This document shows positions 1-8,930 of a stretch of 64,000 nt of DNA, in pieces (within the stretch, counting starts at the first letter, position 1; the number at the start of each line of letters is the position of its first letter). The position numbers were made by a program, and so were the translations under genes. The notes below the pieces were generated by a model, which was not told where the DNA came from, did not search any database, and saw only the letters and a program-made list of their open reading frames with translations. Source of the DNA: an uncultured Pseudomonadota bacterium (GTDB lineage: Bacteria; Pseudomonadota; Alphaproteobacteria; Micropepsales; Micropepsaceae); contig OW818643.1 of assembly GCA_942492805.1 (NCBI GenBank), forward strand, positions 1,072,715 through 1,136,714, given 5' to 3'.

Positions 1-1598
1 AGAAGGTCCGGATCGCCGCCCTCGCCTGCTGCCGCAACGTCGGCGCGCGCCTTCGTTCGCGCAGGCGCCGCGCGGAAGTTGAACACACCCGTCCCCCGGC
101 GCAGGTCCTCGCCCCGCTCGGTGATCGCCAAGCCACCATGATCGTCGGCTTTCAGGACATCCGCCGCCACCATCTGGCGGATCAGCGACTGCCATTCGTC
201 TTTCTTGCGCGCCGCCCCGCTGCCGAAACAGGCCAGGGTGTCATGCCCCCGTTCCTTGATCTTCTGCGTACCCGCGCCGCGCAGGATGTCGATGACATGG
301 GTAGCGCCGAAACGCTCGCCCGATTGCAGCACCGCCGCCAGGACGGTTTGCGCCTGCGCTGTGCCGTCGCTCAAGGGCTGGGTGTCCAGGCAATTGTCGC
401 AATTTCCGCAAGGCTGCGCGCTCTCGCCAAAATACTGCAGCAATATCTGGCGGCGGCACTGCGCCGCCTCGCAATAACTGATCAACGTGCCCAGCCGTCC
501 ATGGGCGCGCCGCTTGTGCTCGTCGCTGGCATCCTCGCCGTCAATGAACATGCGCCGCATGCGGATGTCGCCGGAGCCGAACAGCATATGCGCCTCGGCG
601 GCGCGTCCGTCGCGGCCCGCGCGCCCGATCTCCTGGTAATAGGCTTCCAGGTTGCCCGGCAGGTCGGTGTGGAACACATAAGCCACGTCCGGCTTGTCGA
701 TGCCCATGCCAAAGGCGATGGTCGCCACCATCACCACGCCGGCCTCGGTCATGAAGCGGTTCTGGTTGGTGTCGCGGGCTTCCTTGCTCATGCCGGCATG
801 ATAGGCCAGCGCCCTGACCCCGCCCTTTTCCAGCGCGGCCGCCGTCTCCTCGGTCTTCTTGCGCGACAGGCAATAGACAATGCCGCTGGCCTGCGCATGG
901 CGCTTGACGAAATCCAGCAACTGGCGCGGGCCGTCGCCCCGTGCCGTCACGCTGAGCTTGATGTTGGGCCGGTCGAAGCCCAGCACCAGCGTCTCGACCT
1001 TGCCGCCGAACAGCCGCGCCGCGACGTCGCGGCGGGTGGCTTCGTCCGCCGTCGCCGTCAGGGCGATCATCGCCGCCCGGGGAAACAGGTCCCGCAGACG
1101 CGACAGTTGTTCATATTCGGGCCGGAAGGCCGGGCCCCATTGCGAGATGCAATGCGCCTCGTCCACCGCGATCAGCCGGACATCGATGCCCGCCAGCGCC
1201 TCCAGCATCCGCGGCGTCATCAGCCGTTCGGGCGCGAGATACAAAAGACGCGTCTGGCCCGCCGTCACCCGCCGCCAGGCAGCGACATTCTCGTCGCGGT
1301 CGATGGAAGAGTTGATGGTGTCGGCCGCCACCCCGGCCAGGCGCAGCGCCGCCACCTGGTCCTGCATCAGCGCCACCAGCGGCGAGACCACGATGGTCAG
1401 CCCGCCCAGCACCAGCGCCGGCACCTGGTAGCAGAGCGACTTGCCCGCGCCCGTCGGCATCACCGCCAGCACGGGACGCCCGGCCAGCAGGGCCTCCATC
1501 GCCGCGGCCTGGCCGGGGCGAAAATCGTCAAACCCGAACACATCCTTGAGGATGCGCCGCTTGGGGTCGTCGCTGGCGTGCGCAAAGGGCTGATTCAC
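1..1598 (-). CDS. recQ: ATP-dependent DNA helicase RecQ. The C-terminus runs off the left edge, so it is absent from the ORF track.
   Basis: Manual reverse-strand translation from GTG at 1598 gives VNQPFAHASDDPKRRILKDVFGFDDFRPGQAAAMEALLAGRPVLAVMPTGAGKSLCYQVPALV. Further motifs: LIAVDEAHCISQWG (DEAH box, ~1150), HTDLPGNLEAYYQEIGRA (~640) and the Zn-finger CGNCDNC (~400). An in-frame TAA lies two codons upstream of the GTG. The + ORF 138..1610 is its antisense shadow. Confidence 0.85.
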   Translation of the reverse strand, partial: MNQPFAHASDDPKRRILKDVFGFDDFRPGQAAAMEALLAGRPVLAVMPTGAGKSLCYQVPALVLGGLTIVVSPLVALMQDQVAALRLAGVAADTINSSIDRDENVAAWRRVTAGQTRLLYLAPERLMTPRMLEALAGIDVRLIAVDEAHCISQWGPAFRPEYEQLSRLRDLFPRAAMIALTATADEATRRDVAARLFGGKVETLVLGFDRPNIKLSVTARGDGPRQLLDFVKRHAQASGIVYCLSRKKTEETAAALEKGGVRALAYHAGMSKEARDTNQNRFMTEAGVVMVATIAFGMGIDKPDVAYVFHTDLPGNLEAYYQEIGRAGRDGRAAEAHMLFGSGDIRMRRMFIDGEDASDEHKRRAHGRLGTLISYCEAAQCRRQILLQYFGESAQPCGNCDNCLDTQPLSDGTAQAQTVLAAVLQSGERFGATHVIDILRGAGTQKIKERGHDTLACFGSGAARKKDEWQSLIRQMVAADVLKADDHGGLAITERGEDLRRGTGVFNFRAAPARTKARADVAAAGEGGDPDL

Positions 1599-1689
1599 GC
1601 GGCCTTATAACATCTCTCCCGCCGCGCGCACTTGTCTGGCGTGGTGTTTGCCGGGATATTGAGCGCAAAGGGATATGGGGAGAAAAAAC

Positions 1690-2811
1690 ATGAAAAACGC
1701 GATCCTGAGCGCCGCCTGCCTGCTGCTGTGCGCGAGCGCAGCCCAGGCCGCCACCGCGACGCGCGGCGAGTTCGGCGCGCTGGCCGATGGCACCAAAATC
1801 CAAGCCGTGACCCTGGCGAACAAGGCGGGCATGTCGGCGCGCATCATCACCCTGGGCGCAACGCTGCAGTCGGTGATCGTGCCTGACAAAAGCGGCCGCA
1901 AGGAAGACGTCACCCTGGGCTATGACAAGGCGCAGGATTATCTCACCAAGCCCAACTATTTCGGCGTCTCGGTCGGGCGCTATGCCAACCGCATCGCCAA
2001 GGCCAAGTTCAGCCTCGACGGCAAGACCTATACGCTCGCCGCCAATGACGGTCCCAATTCCCTGCATGGCGGCACCAAGGGTTTCGATAAGCGCGTCTGG
2101 CGCGTCGATTCCACGACGGGCGGGCCTTACGCGCAGGTGACGCTCAGCTATGTCAGTCCCGACGGCGAGGAAGGCTTTCCCGGCCAGTTGCGCGCCACCG
2201 TCACCTATACACTGAACGAACAGAACGAGCTGCGCATCGATTACGGCGCCGTCACCAGCAAGCCTACGATCGTGAACCTGACCAACCACGCCTATTTCAA
2301 CCTGTCGGGCAATGCGGCGCGCGACGTGATGGGCCACCTGGTCACCCTCAAGGCCGAACGCTTCACGCCGGTCGATGCCACCCTGATCCCCACCGGCGAG
2401 CGCCGTCCGGTGGCGGGTTCGCCGTTTGATTTCCGCAAGCCCACCGCCATCGGGGCGCGCATCCGCGACGGGCGCGACGCGCAGATCCGGCTGGGGCGCG
2501 GCTATGACCACAATTTCATTGTCGACGGCAAGGCGGGCGACATGCGCACCGCCGCGATTGTCGAGGACCCGGTGTCGGGCCGGGTGATGGAAGTGCGCGC
2601 CACCGCGCCGGGCATCCAGTTCTATACCGGCAACTTCATGGACGGGACCTACTTCGGCAAGAACAACCGCGCCTACCGCCAGGGCGACGCGCTGTGCCTG
2701 GAGCCCGGCACCTTCCCGGACGCGCCCAACCAGGCCGCCTTCCCCAGCGCGCGGCTCGATCCCGGCAAGACCTATGTCAACTCGATGGTGTTCGCCTTCC
2801 GCACCCGTTGA
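1690..2811 (+). CDS. galM: Aldose 1-epimerase (galactose mutarotase), secreted
   Basis: Signal peptide MKNAILSAACLLLCASAAQA. Mutarotase motifs GRYANRIA, NSLHGG.KGF, NLTNHAYFNL. GGGGAG precedes the ATG at 1690, so this start is preferred over ATG 1675. Confidence 0.85.
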   Translation: MKNAILSAACLLLCASAAQAATATRGEFGALADGTKIQAVTLANKAGMSARIITLGATLQSVIVPDKSGRKEDVTLGYDKAQDYLTKPNYFGVSVGRYANRIAKAKFSLDGKTYTLAANDGPNSLHGGTKGFDKRVWRVDSTTGGPYAQVTLSYVSPDGEEGFPGQLRATVTYTLNEQNELRIDYGAVTSKPTIVNLTNHAYFNLSGNAARDVMGHLVTLKAERFTPVDATLIPTGERRPVAGSPFDFRKPTAIGARIRDGRDAQIRLGRGYDHNFIVDGKAGDMRTAAIVEDPVSGRVMEVRATAPGIQFYTGNFMDGTYFGKNNRAYRQGDALCLEPGTFPDAPNQAAFPSARLDPGKTYVNSMVFAFRTR

Positions 2812-2815
2812 AGGC

Positions 2816-4342
2816 TCACTCCACCGCCACCACAGCGACCGCCTTGGGGGGCAGGTCGAAGACCAGCTTGCCATCCGCAACCGTGCCGCTGAATGCCACC
2901 GGACGAATGGCGTTGGGCGCATCGAAGGTATTGCGGGTGTCCATCGCCGGGCCCGTAAGGATGCGGCCCGACGCCTTGCCGGTCAGGTTGGTGGTGACCC
3001 GCGCGGGCTTGTTCGGGTCCAGGTTGACCAGCGACAGATAAAGCTTGCCGTCCTTGCCGCGGGCCGCCGATGCGTCCACTGACGGCATGCTGTTCTCGCC
3101 GTTCTTGTAGCCACCGCCCGTGACACTCGCGGGGTAAGGCACCGCGCCCTGGAACGGCACATACATCTCGAACACGTGATAGGTCGGCGTCAGCACCATC
3201 TTTTCCTTGTCGGTCAGGATCATGGCCTGCAGCACGTTTATCATCTGGGCGATGTTGGCCATCTTCACCCGCTCGGTATGGCGGTGGAAGATGTTGAGAT
3301 GCAGCGCCGCCACTTCGGCATCGCGCAGCGTATTCTGCTGGTAGAGAAAGCCGGGCGTGCTGCCCGGCTCCTGGTCGTACCAGGTGCCCCATTCGTCGAA
3401 ATACAGCCCAACTTTCTTGGCGGGGTCGTATTTGTCCATGATCGCCATGGTCTTGGTGACGATGGTTTCGACATGCCGGGCATGGCTCAGGGTCGACGCC
3501 CATTCGGCCTCCGGAAAGCCGGTCGCCGGGCCCTTGTCGCGGAAGACACGCGGCACGGTGTAATAGTGCACGCTGAGACCGTCGAAACGGCCGCCTTCCT
3601 TCATCATCACTTCGGCGAAATCGTAATTGTCGTCATGCGATCCGCTGGCGATCTTCAGCGTGCCCATGCTGCGCGGTGTGTTGGCGAAGGTGGCAAAGCG
3701 GCGCTGGATGTCGGCGGCATATTCGGCGCGCATGTTGCCGCCGCAGCCCCAGGTCTCGTTGCCGATCCCGACGAACTTGATGTTCCAGGGCTTGTCGCGG
3801 CCATTCTTGCGCCGCTCATTGGCCAGCGAGGATTTGCTGTCCGACGTCATATATTCCAGCCATTGCGAGGCATCATACGGCCCCAGCGACCCGACATTGA
3901 CCGAGACATAGGCTTCCGCCCCAAGCAGTTCGGCCAGGTCGAGGAATTCGTGGGTGCCGAAGCTGTTGTCCTCGGTGACGCCGCCCCAATGGACATTGAC
4001 CCGCACGGGGCGCTTGGCGCGCGGCCCGATTCCATCGCGCCAGTCGTACAGATCGGCGAAACAGCCGCCGGGCCAGCGCATCACCGGCACCTTGATTTTC
4101 TTCAACGCCGCGACGACGTCGCTGCGATAGCCACGAATGTTGGGAATCTTGCTCTTTTCGCCGACCCAGATGCCTTCATAGATGCCGCGCCCCAGATGCT
4201 CGACGAAATGGCCATAGATATGGCGGCTGATTTCGGGGCCCGGCCTGGAAGTATCGATGGCGACCGAGACATTGGCCGCCTGCGCAATCGCCGCTGCCGG
4301 CATCGCACACACCAAAGCGGCTGCAAAAACTGTCTTGCGCAT
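2816..4342 (-). CDS. abfA: Alpha-L-arabinofuranosidase, GH51 family, secreted
   Basis: N-terminal signal peptide, then HIYGHFVEHLGRGIYEGIWVG, RWPGGCFAD, GIGNETWGCGG and DEWGTWY, all typical of GH51 AbfA. Confidence 0.85.
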   Translation of the reverse strand: MRKTVFAAALVCAMPAAAIAQAANVSVAIDTSRPGPEISRHIYGHFVEHLGRGIYEGIWVGEKSKIPNIRGYRSDVVAALKKIKVPVMRWPGGCFADLYDWRDGIGPRAKRPVRVNVHWGGVTEDNSFGTHEFLDLAELLGAEAYVSVNVGSLGPYDASQWLEYMTSDSKSSLANERRKNGRDKPWNIKFVGIGNETWGCGGNMRAEYAADIQRRFATFANTPRSMGTLKIASGSHDDNYDFAEVMMKEGGRFDGLSVHYYTVPRVFRDKGPATGFPEAEWASTLSHARHVETIVTKTMAIMDKYDPAKKVGLYFDEWGTWYDQEPGSTPGFLYQQNTLRDAEVAALHLNIFHRHTERVKMANIAQMINVLQAMILTDKEKMVLTPTYHVFEMYVPFQGAVPYPASVTGGGYKNGENSMPSVDASAARGKDGKLYLSLVNLDPNKPARVTTNLTGKASGRILTGPAMDTRNTFDAPNAIRPVAFSGTVADGKLVFDLPPKAVAVVAVE

Positions 4343-4393
4343 TCCCCACCCCTTATATGTCTTTGGGGTGCGAGGTTAGCGCGGGGAACGCCG

Positions 4394-6358
4394 TTACGGA
4401 AGCGCGCGCAGACCTTCGGAATCCGACAGGACCATGGTCCAGTCCTCGCGGCTGAAGCCGGCGGTATCGCGCAGCAATGCCTTCGCCCACAAAACGCCCA
4501 GCCGCGCCTGGTCAGTGGGCTGCGGCGTGCCAGGCAGCAGCGCCAGATGCAGTTCGCGCACCTGGCGGTCTTCCAGCACCAGTTGCCGCGCATCGCGTGA
4601 CAATTCCTGGTGCGCGCCCGCCAGGGCATGGGCCCGGTCCATCACGGCAAGGCCCCGGGTCTCGCTGGGCACCACGAACAGATTGTCCCGCCGCGTCCAC
4701 AGCCCCATCAACGGGCTGGAGCTGATAATCACCAGCGGAATGGACAGCAGCATCCCGGCGAGCAGCGGCACGAACCAGTTGAACCCGCCCCCGGCATAGC
4801 GCCACAGGATCACGGTGGCCACCACGCCGATCAGGGTATGGGGCCAGAACTTCCCGGCGACGAAATCCAGCGGCAAGGCGCGGTCGGTGCGGGTCTGGGA
4901 ATTCCAGCCCGTCGCCATTCCCATCAGGATGCTCAGCACATACCAGCTGTGCTGCAGCATCACGACCGGCGCCATCAGGGTCGAGAAGACCGACTCCCAG
5001 AACAGACCCTTGAACACCGCGCCGGTGCCGCCATGGGCGCGCGTGGCGGCGGGATCTTCCAGCAGCGCCATCGCCGCCAGCAGCTTGGGGCCGTAAAGCA
5101 GCACCAATGTGGCCAGCACCAGCACCACCATTTCGGCCGCATAAGACACGCTGTGCGCCAGCGACGGCTCCAGCCCGATGTAAGTGGCGGGCGCGGGCGC
5201 AACGTAATTCACCATGTCGATCGCCGAGACCACCAGCAGCAACAGCCACAGCGGCGACGAGACATAGCTCATGATCCCCATCGCCAGATGCAGGCGGCTG
5301 GGCAGCGTCAACCCTTGCGCGAAGACGATACGCAGATGCTGCAGATTGCCCTGGCACCAGCGGCGGTCGCGGATCAGGTGATCCAGCAGGCTGGGCGGCG
5401 GCTCCTCGAACGAACCGCCAAGGTCGGGCGCCATCCACACTTCCCATCCGGCACGGCGCAGGAAGGCCGCCTCGACGAAATCGTGGCTCATGATCTCGCC
5501 GCCAAAGGGCGGCTTGCCCGGCAGCTTGGGCAATCCGCAATGCTGCATGAAGGCATGCACCCGGATGATGGCATTGTGCCCGTAATAGTTGCCGTCCGCG
5601 CCCTGCAGGAAGGCGAGCCCCGCGCCATGGATCGGGCCATAAACGCTGGAGGAGAATTGCTGGATGCGCGCGAACAGAGAATGACGTCCCACCAGCTGCG
5701 CCGGCGCCTGGATCAGCGCGGTGCGCGGATTGGCGTCCATCAGGCCCACCATCCTGCGCAAGGCATCGCCGGTCATCAGGCTGTCGGCGTCCAGGATCAC
5801 CATGTAATCGTAGAGCTGGCCCCAGTTCTCGCAGAAGTCCTGGATGTTGCCGGCCTTGCGCCCGACATTCCTGGCGCGGTGGCGATAGAAGATGCGCGCC
5901 GTCTCGCCCAGCTCCTGCTTCAGCTTCTGCCATTGCAGCTCTTCGGCCACCCAGTTGGCGGGATTGGTGCTGTCGCTGAGAATGTAGAAATCGAAATCGG
6001 GTCCGGCGGCTTCCCAGATGGCGCGCACGCCGGCAAAGACCCGCGCCACATCCTCGTTATAGACCGGCATCAGGATGGCGGTGCGCGCGGCGGAGACGCC
6101 GCTGGGCTGGCGCAGCGGCAGCAGGTTGATCCTGTTGAAACGGGCAAAGGCGCCGAACGCGGCAATCCAGAAGGACGAGGCAATCCAGGCGAAGAGAATC
6201 CCGAACAGGACCAGGATGAAGATTTCACGCCAGGTGAAACCGTCGACCTGGAAAATTCCCGTCATCTGCGTGACGGCGGCTACCGTCGAAGCCAGTACCA
6301 GGAACAGGTACAGCCAGCGCCGCGCCGCAGCGTCTTCAGGCACGGCGGCGGCGGGCAA
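4394..6358 (-). CDS. opgH: Glucans biosynthesis glucosyltransferase H (OpgH/MdoH), GT2 membrane protein; annotated start is TTG
   Basis: Two N-terminal TM helices, then ILMPVYNED, ILDADSLM and the RDRRWCQGNLQH (QxxRW-like) motif, followed by multiple C-terminal TM segments. The N-terminus is uncertain; see the finding on the upstream frame. Confidence 0.85.
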   Translation of the reverse strand: MPAAAVPEDAAARRWLYLFLVLASTVAAVTQMTGIFQVDGFTWREIFILVLFGILFAWIASSFWIAAFGAFARFNRINLLPLRQPSGVSAARTAILMPVYNEDVARVFAGVRAIWEAAGPDFDFYILSDSTNPANWVAEELQWQKLKQELGETARIFYRHRARNVGRKAGNIQDFCENWGQLYDYMVILDADSLMTGDALRRMVGLMDANPRTALIQAPAQLVGRHSLFARIQQFSSSVYGPIHGAGLAFLQGADGNYYGHNAIIRVHAFMQHCGLPKLPGKPPFGGEIMSHDFVEAAFLRRAGWEVWMAPDLGGSFEEPPPSLLDHLIRDRRWCQGNLQHLRIVFAQGLTLPSRLHLAMGIMSYVSSPLWLLLLVVSAIDMVNYVAPAPATYIGLEPSLAHSVSYAAEMVVLVLATLVLLYGPKLLAAMALLEDPAATRAHGGTGAVFKGLFWESVFSTLMAPVVMLQHSWYVLSILMGMATGWNSQTRTDRALPLDFVAGKFWPHTLIGVVATVILWRYAGGGFNWFVPLLAGMLLSIPLVIISSSPLMGLWTRRDNLFVVPSETRGLAVMDRAHALAGAHQELSRDARQLVLEDRQVRELHLALLPGTPQPTDQARLGVLWAKALLRDTAGFSREDWTMVLSDSEGLRALP

Positions 6359-6461
6359 GCGCAGGCGCCAGGACCAGGATGCGCGGCACGGTCAACAGCG
6401 CCATCAGCAGCGTGCCCAGGATGCGGTAGGGCGTCCAGACCGTAATGGTCTGGGGCTGCAT
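6336..6461 (-). other. Coding-like reading frame immediately upstream of opgH in a different frame. Either a displaced opgH N-terminus or a small upstream ORF.
   Basis: Strong GC3 bias over about 50 codons (..CCG ATC ACC GCG GCG CCG CTG .. ATG CAG CCC CAG ACC ATT ACG GTC TGG ACG CCC TAC CGC ATC CTG GGC ACG CTG CTG ATG GCG ..). It ends at TGA 6336-6338, 23 nt inside the opgH ORF. Confidence 0.3.
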
Positions 6462-6715
6462 GGGGCGAGGGCATGGCAGCGGCGCCGCGGTGATCGGGGA
6501 ATGCGATTCCGTGGGGGATTCAAATAGGCGAGACTGGGAATCCATGCGTGTTAAAAGATCCAAATGCGCCCGTTCGACACCCTCTATAGAACGCTACAAT
6601 ACGGCGAAATGATGGATCACAGGCGCGTTTTTCAGGGCGTTTGCGACGGGCTCTCACCAGCCTTAACTTTTCCATCATTGCTGTGTCTGGTGCCGCACAT
6701 CTCCCGGAGACCCGC

Positions 6716-8269
6716 ATGTTCGTAACCGACCGACGCCTGCTGCTGGCCGCGCTGTCCGCCAGCGTGCTGCCGCAAAGCGCGCTGACGGCGCTGGCACAGC
6801 CTTCTGCCCTGCGGCTGGGCAGCGCCCGGCCTTTCAGTTTTGAATTGCTGGCGGGGCGCGCCAAAAAAAACGCCACCCAGCCCTATAAAGCGCCACCCCA
6901 GCGCGCCGCCGAGATCATCAAGGGCATCGATTATGATGCAGCCCAGAAGATCCGCTTCCGCTCCGGCCATGCCCTGTGGCGCGGCAAGGCCGGCGCCGAC
7001 CCGGTCTCCTTCTTCCATCTCAGCCGCTTTTCCAACGAGCCGGTGACGCTGCATCTGGTCGAAGGCGCCAGCGCGCGCGAGATTCTCTATGGCCCCGACT
7101 ATTTCGATTACAGCGCCAGCGGGCTGAACCCCAAGGCGCTTGCCGGCCTGGGCTTTTCAGGCTTCCGGGTGATGGACGGCCAGGACAAGCCCACCGACTG
7201 GCTGGCCTTCCAGGGCGCCAGCTATTTCCGCAGTAGCGGCCAGGACGCCCAGTATGGCGCATCGGCGCGCGGCGTCGCCATCAACACCGCGCTGGCCACG
7301 GCGGAGGAATTTCCCCGCTTCTCGGAATTCTGGCTGGAGGAGCGCGGCGAAACGCTCAACGTCCATGCCCTGCTGGACGGGCCATCCATCACCGGCGCCT
7401 ACCGTTTCGATGCGCGCAAAGACAAGAATGGCGCGGTGACGATGAATGTTCATTGCCGCCTGTTCTTCCGCGCCGACATTTCGCGGCTGGGCGTGGCGCC
7501 GCTGACCAGCATGTACTGGTATGGCGAGAATGAACGGCGCAAGGCCGACGACTGGCGTCCCGAGATTCACGACAATGACGGGCTCGCGATCTGGACCGGC
7601 AAGGGCGAACGCATCTGGCGCCCGCTGGTGAATCCCACCGGGGTGCAGACCAACAGCTTCGTCGACAACAACCCGAAGGGCTTCGGGCTGATGCAGCGCG
7701 ACCGCGATTTTTCCAACTACCAGGATGACGGCGCCTTTTACGAAAAGCGCCCCGGCATCTGGGTCGAACCCAAGGTCAGTTGGGGCGCCGGCGCGGTGCA
7801 GCTGGTGGAAATCCCCACCGAGGACGAGACCCACGACAATATCGTCGCCTATTGGCGGCCCGACGGCGATATCGATGCCGGCGACAGCCGCACCTTCGAC
7901 TACCGTCTCTACTGGCAGGACAGCGAGCCGGCCTATCCGAAGAACATTGCGCGCGTGGTCTCGACCCGGCTGGGGCGGGGCGGCATCCCCGGACAAAATC
8001 CCTGGCCGCGCGACAAGCGCAAGTTCGTGGTGGATTTCACCGGCGGCCCCTTGATGCAGATGAAGCAGCGCTTCGACGTGACGCCGGTGGCCACCGCCTC
8101 GCGCGGCAAGATCGACAATGCCTATGTGCTGAAAGTGGTGGGCACCGACCGCTGGCGGGCTCTGTTCGACCTGCAGATCGATGGCAATGCGCCGGTGGAC
8201 CTCAGGCTGTTCCTGCGCCTGGGCAACCGCACCCTCAGCGAAACCTGGCTCTACCAGCACTTTCCCTAA
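6716..8269 (+). CDS. Periplasmic glucan biosynthesis protein, OpgG/OpgD (MdoG/MdoD) family, with a Tat-like signal
   Basis: GGAG precedes ATG 6716. N-terminus is MFVTDRRLLLAALSASVLPQSALTALAQ (twin-arginine). The rest matches the MdoG fold (FRSGHALWR, FQGASYFR, FSEFWLE, NPKGFGLMQRDRDF, EIPTEDETHDNIVAYW). Confidence 0.85.
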   Translation: MFVTDRRLLLAALSASVLPQSALTALAQPSALRLGSARPFSFELLAGRAKKNATQPYKAPPQRAAEIIKGIDYDAAQKIRFRSGHALWRGKAGADPVSFFHLSRFSNEPVTLHLVEGASAREILYGPDYFDYSASGLNPKALAGLGFSGFRVMDGQDKPTDWLAFQGASYFRSSGQDAQYGASARGVAINTALATAEEFPRFSEFWLEERGETLNVHALLDGPSITGAYRFDARKDKNGAVTMNVHCRLFFRADISRLGVAPLTSMYWYGENERRKADDWRPEIHDNDGLAIWTGKGERIWRPLVNPTGVQTNSFVDNNPKGFGLMQRDRDFSNYQDDGAFYEKRPGIWVEPKVSWGAGAVQLVEIPTEDETHDNIVAYWRPDGDIDAGDSRTFDYRLYWQDSEPAYPKNIARVVSTRLGRGGIPGQNPWPRDKRKFVVDFTGGPLMQMKQRFDVTPVATASRGKIDNAYVLKVVGTDRWRALFDLQIDGNAPVDLRLFLRLGNRTLSETWLYQHFP

Positions 8270-8397
8270 ACAATCTTCGGCGCGCCTGATTTTGTGCCGT
8301 GCGCAGGAGCATCGCGCGGTCCATAGCGACAGCGTATGGACGGCCTAAGGCCCGTGAGCACGTGCGACGCCCCTCACGGTGCAAAAGCAGGTGCGCC

Positions 8398-8430
8398 AAA
8401 AAATAAACCCCGCCAGATTGCTGACGGGGC
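8398..8430 (-). terminator. Strong intrinsic terminator on the minus strand, possibly weakly bidirectional
   Basis: Minus strand reads CCCCGTCAG-caat-CTGGCGGGG (8 bp plus 1 mismatch, tetraloop) followed by TTTATTTTTTT. No annotated minus-strand gene ends here. Confidence 0.7.
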
Positions 8431-8640
8431 TTATTCATTCTTTGCTCGTCCGACATCAGGCCGGACTGTTTGATATGGGCTGACGCCCATTTGTGTCGTT
8501 TAGCTTTGTGGGCGGAAGTCCGGTGTTTTAATCCGAACCCTGGCTCCGCGCGTCAGGCGGAGCCCGGCTTACTTTCCGGTGGAGTCACTTCCATCTAGGA
8601 ACCTCCTGTTCGCGGTTTCACCCGCCGTGAGAAAAAATTG
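8431..8640 (-). ncRNA. Candidate small RNA or tiny-ORF transcript (unassigned family) ending at the 8398-8430 terminator
   Basis: Minus strand carries AGGAGG (8602-8607) and ATG 8594, opening the 13-codon ORF MEVTPPESKPGSA. The ORF sits inside a long imperfect hairpin (8514-8592, inner stem GGCTCCGC/GCGGAGCC). Hairpins at 8475-8490 and 8448-8466 follow, then the terminator. The 5' end is unknown. Confidence 0.3.
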
Positions 8641-8930
8641 CGTCTCGCGCGACATTCCGGCGCCAGGAAATCCGGTCTCCACCGGATCGATCGCGATTGA
8701 ATCTATCGCGCAATGGGCGCCTTGGAAGTAACTGCGGCAATCGCAATCGTTTCTCTCGGCTTCAAAACTCTGCGCCCATAACAGGGGAGCGTCAACACGA
8801 AACCGTCACCGAAATCTTTTGTGATAGGCGACATCGCAAGGGGGAACCCATGCGCGATTTTGCAGCATGTAAAGCGGCTTAGCGGGGCCGCCACTGGCGC
8901 TGAATCCGGGCTGTCGTTATAGGAGCAGTT

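Noticed and set aside
138-1610. 490-aa + strand ORF covering the left end of the window
   Set aside because: It has an Arg/His/Gln-rich low-complexity composition with no recognisable motifs. The opposite strand encodes an unmistakable RecQ (MPTGAGKSLCYQ, DEAH, CGNCDNC), so this is an antisense shadow ORF.
8235-8456. 73-aa minus-strand ORF in the spacer
   Set aside because: It runs straight through the intrinsic terminator and into the 3' end of the opgG/D-family gene. Its composition is basic and off-frame-like.
8431-8930. Possible two-piece tmRNA, RNase P RNA, cobalamin riboswitch (GCCACTG at ~8891) or glycine riboswitch in the structured spacer
   Set aside because: The fragments only resemble the real elements. 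GCTAAACGACA is not an ANDN tag frame and ends in SPA. GGAAGTCCGG / CCCGGCTTA are ~40 nt apart rather than ~300 nt as in RNase P P4. There is no AGGGAA..GGTG B12 core, and only a loose GGAGA..GGCGCCGGAA. The neighbouring genes do not fit any of these riboswitch classes.
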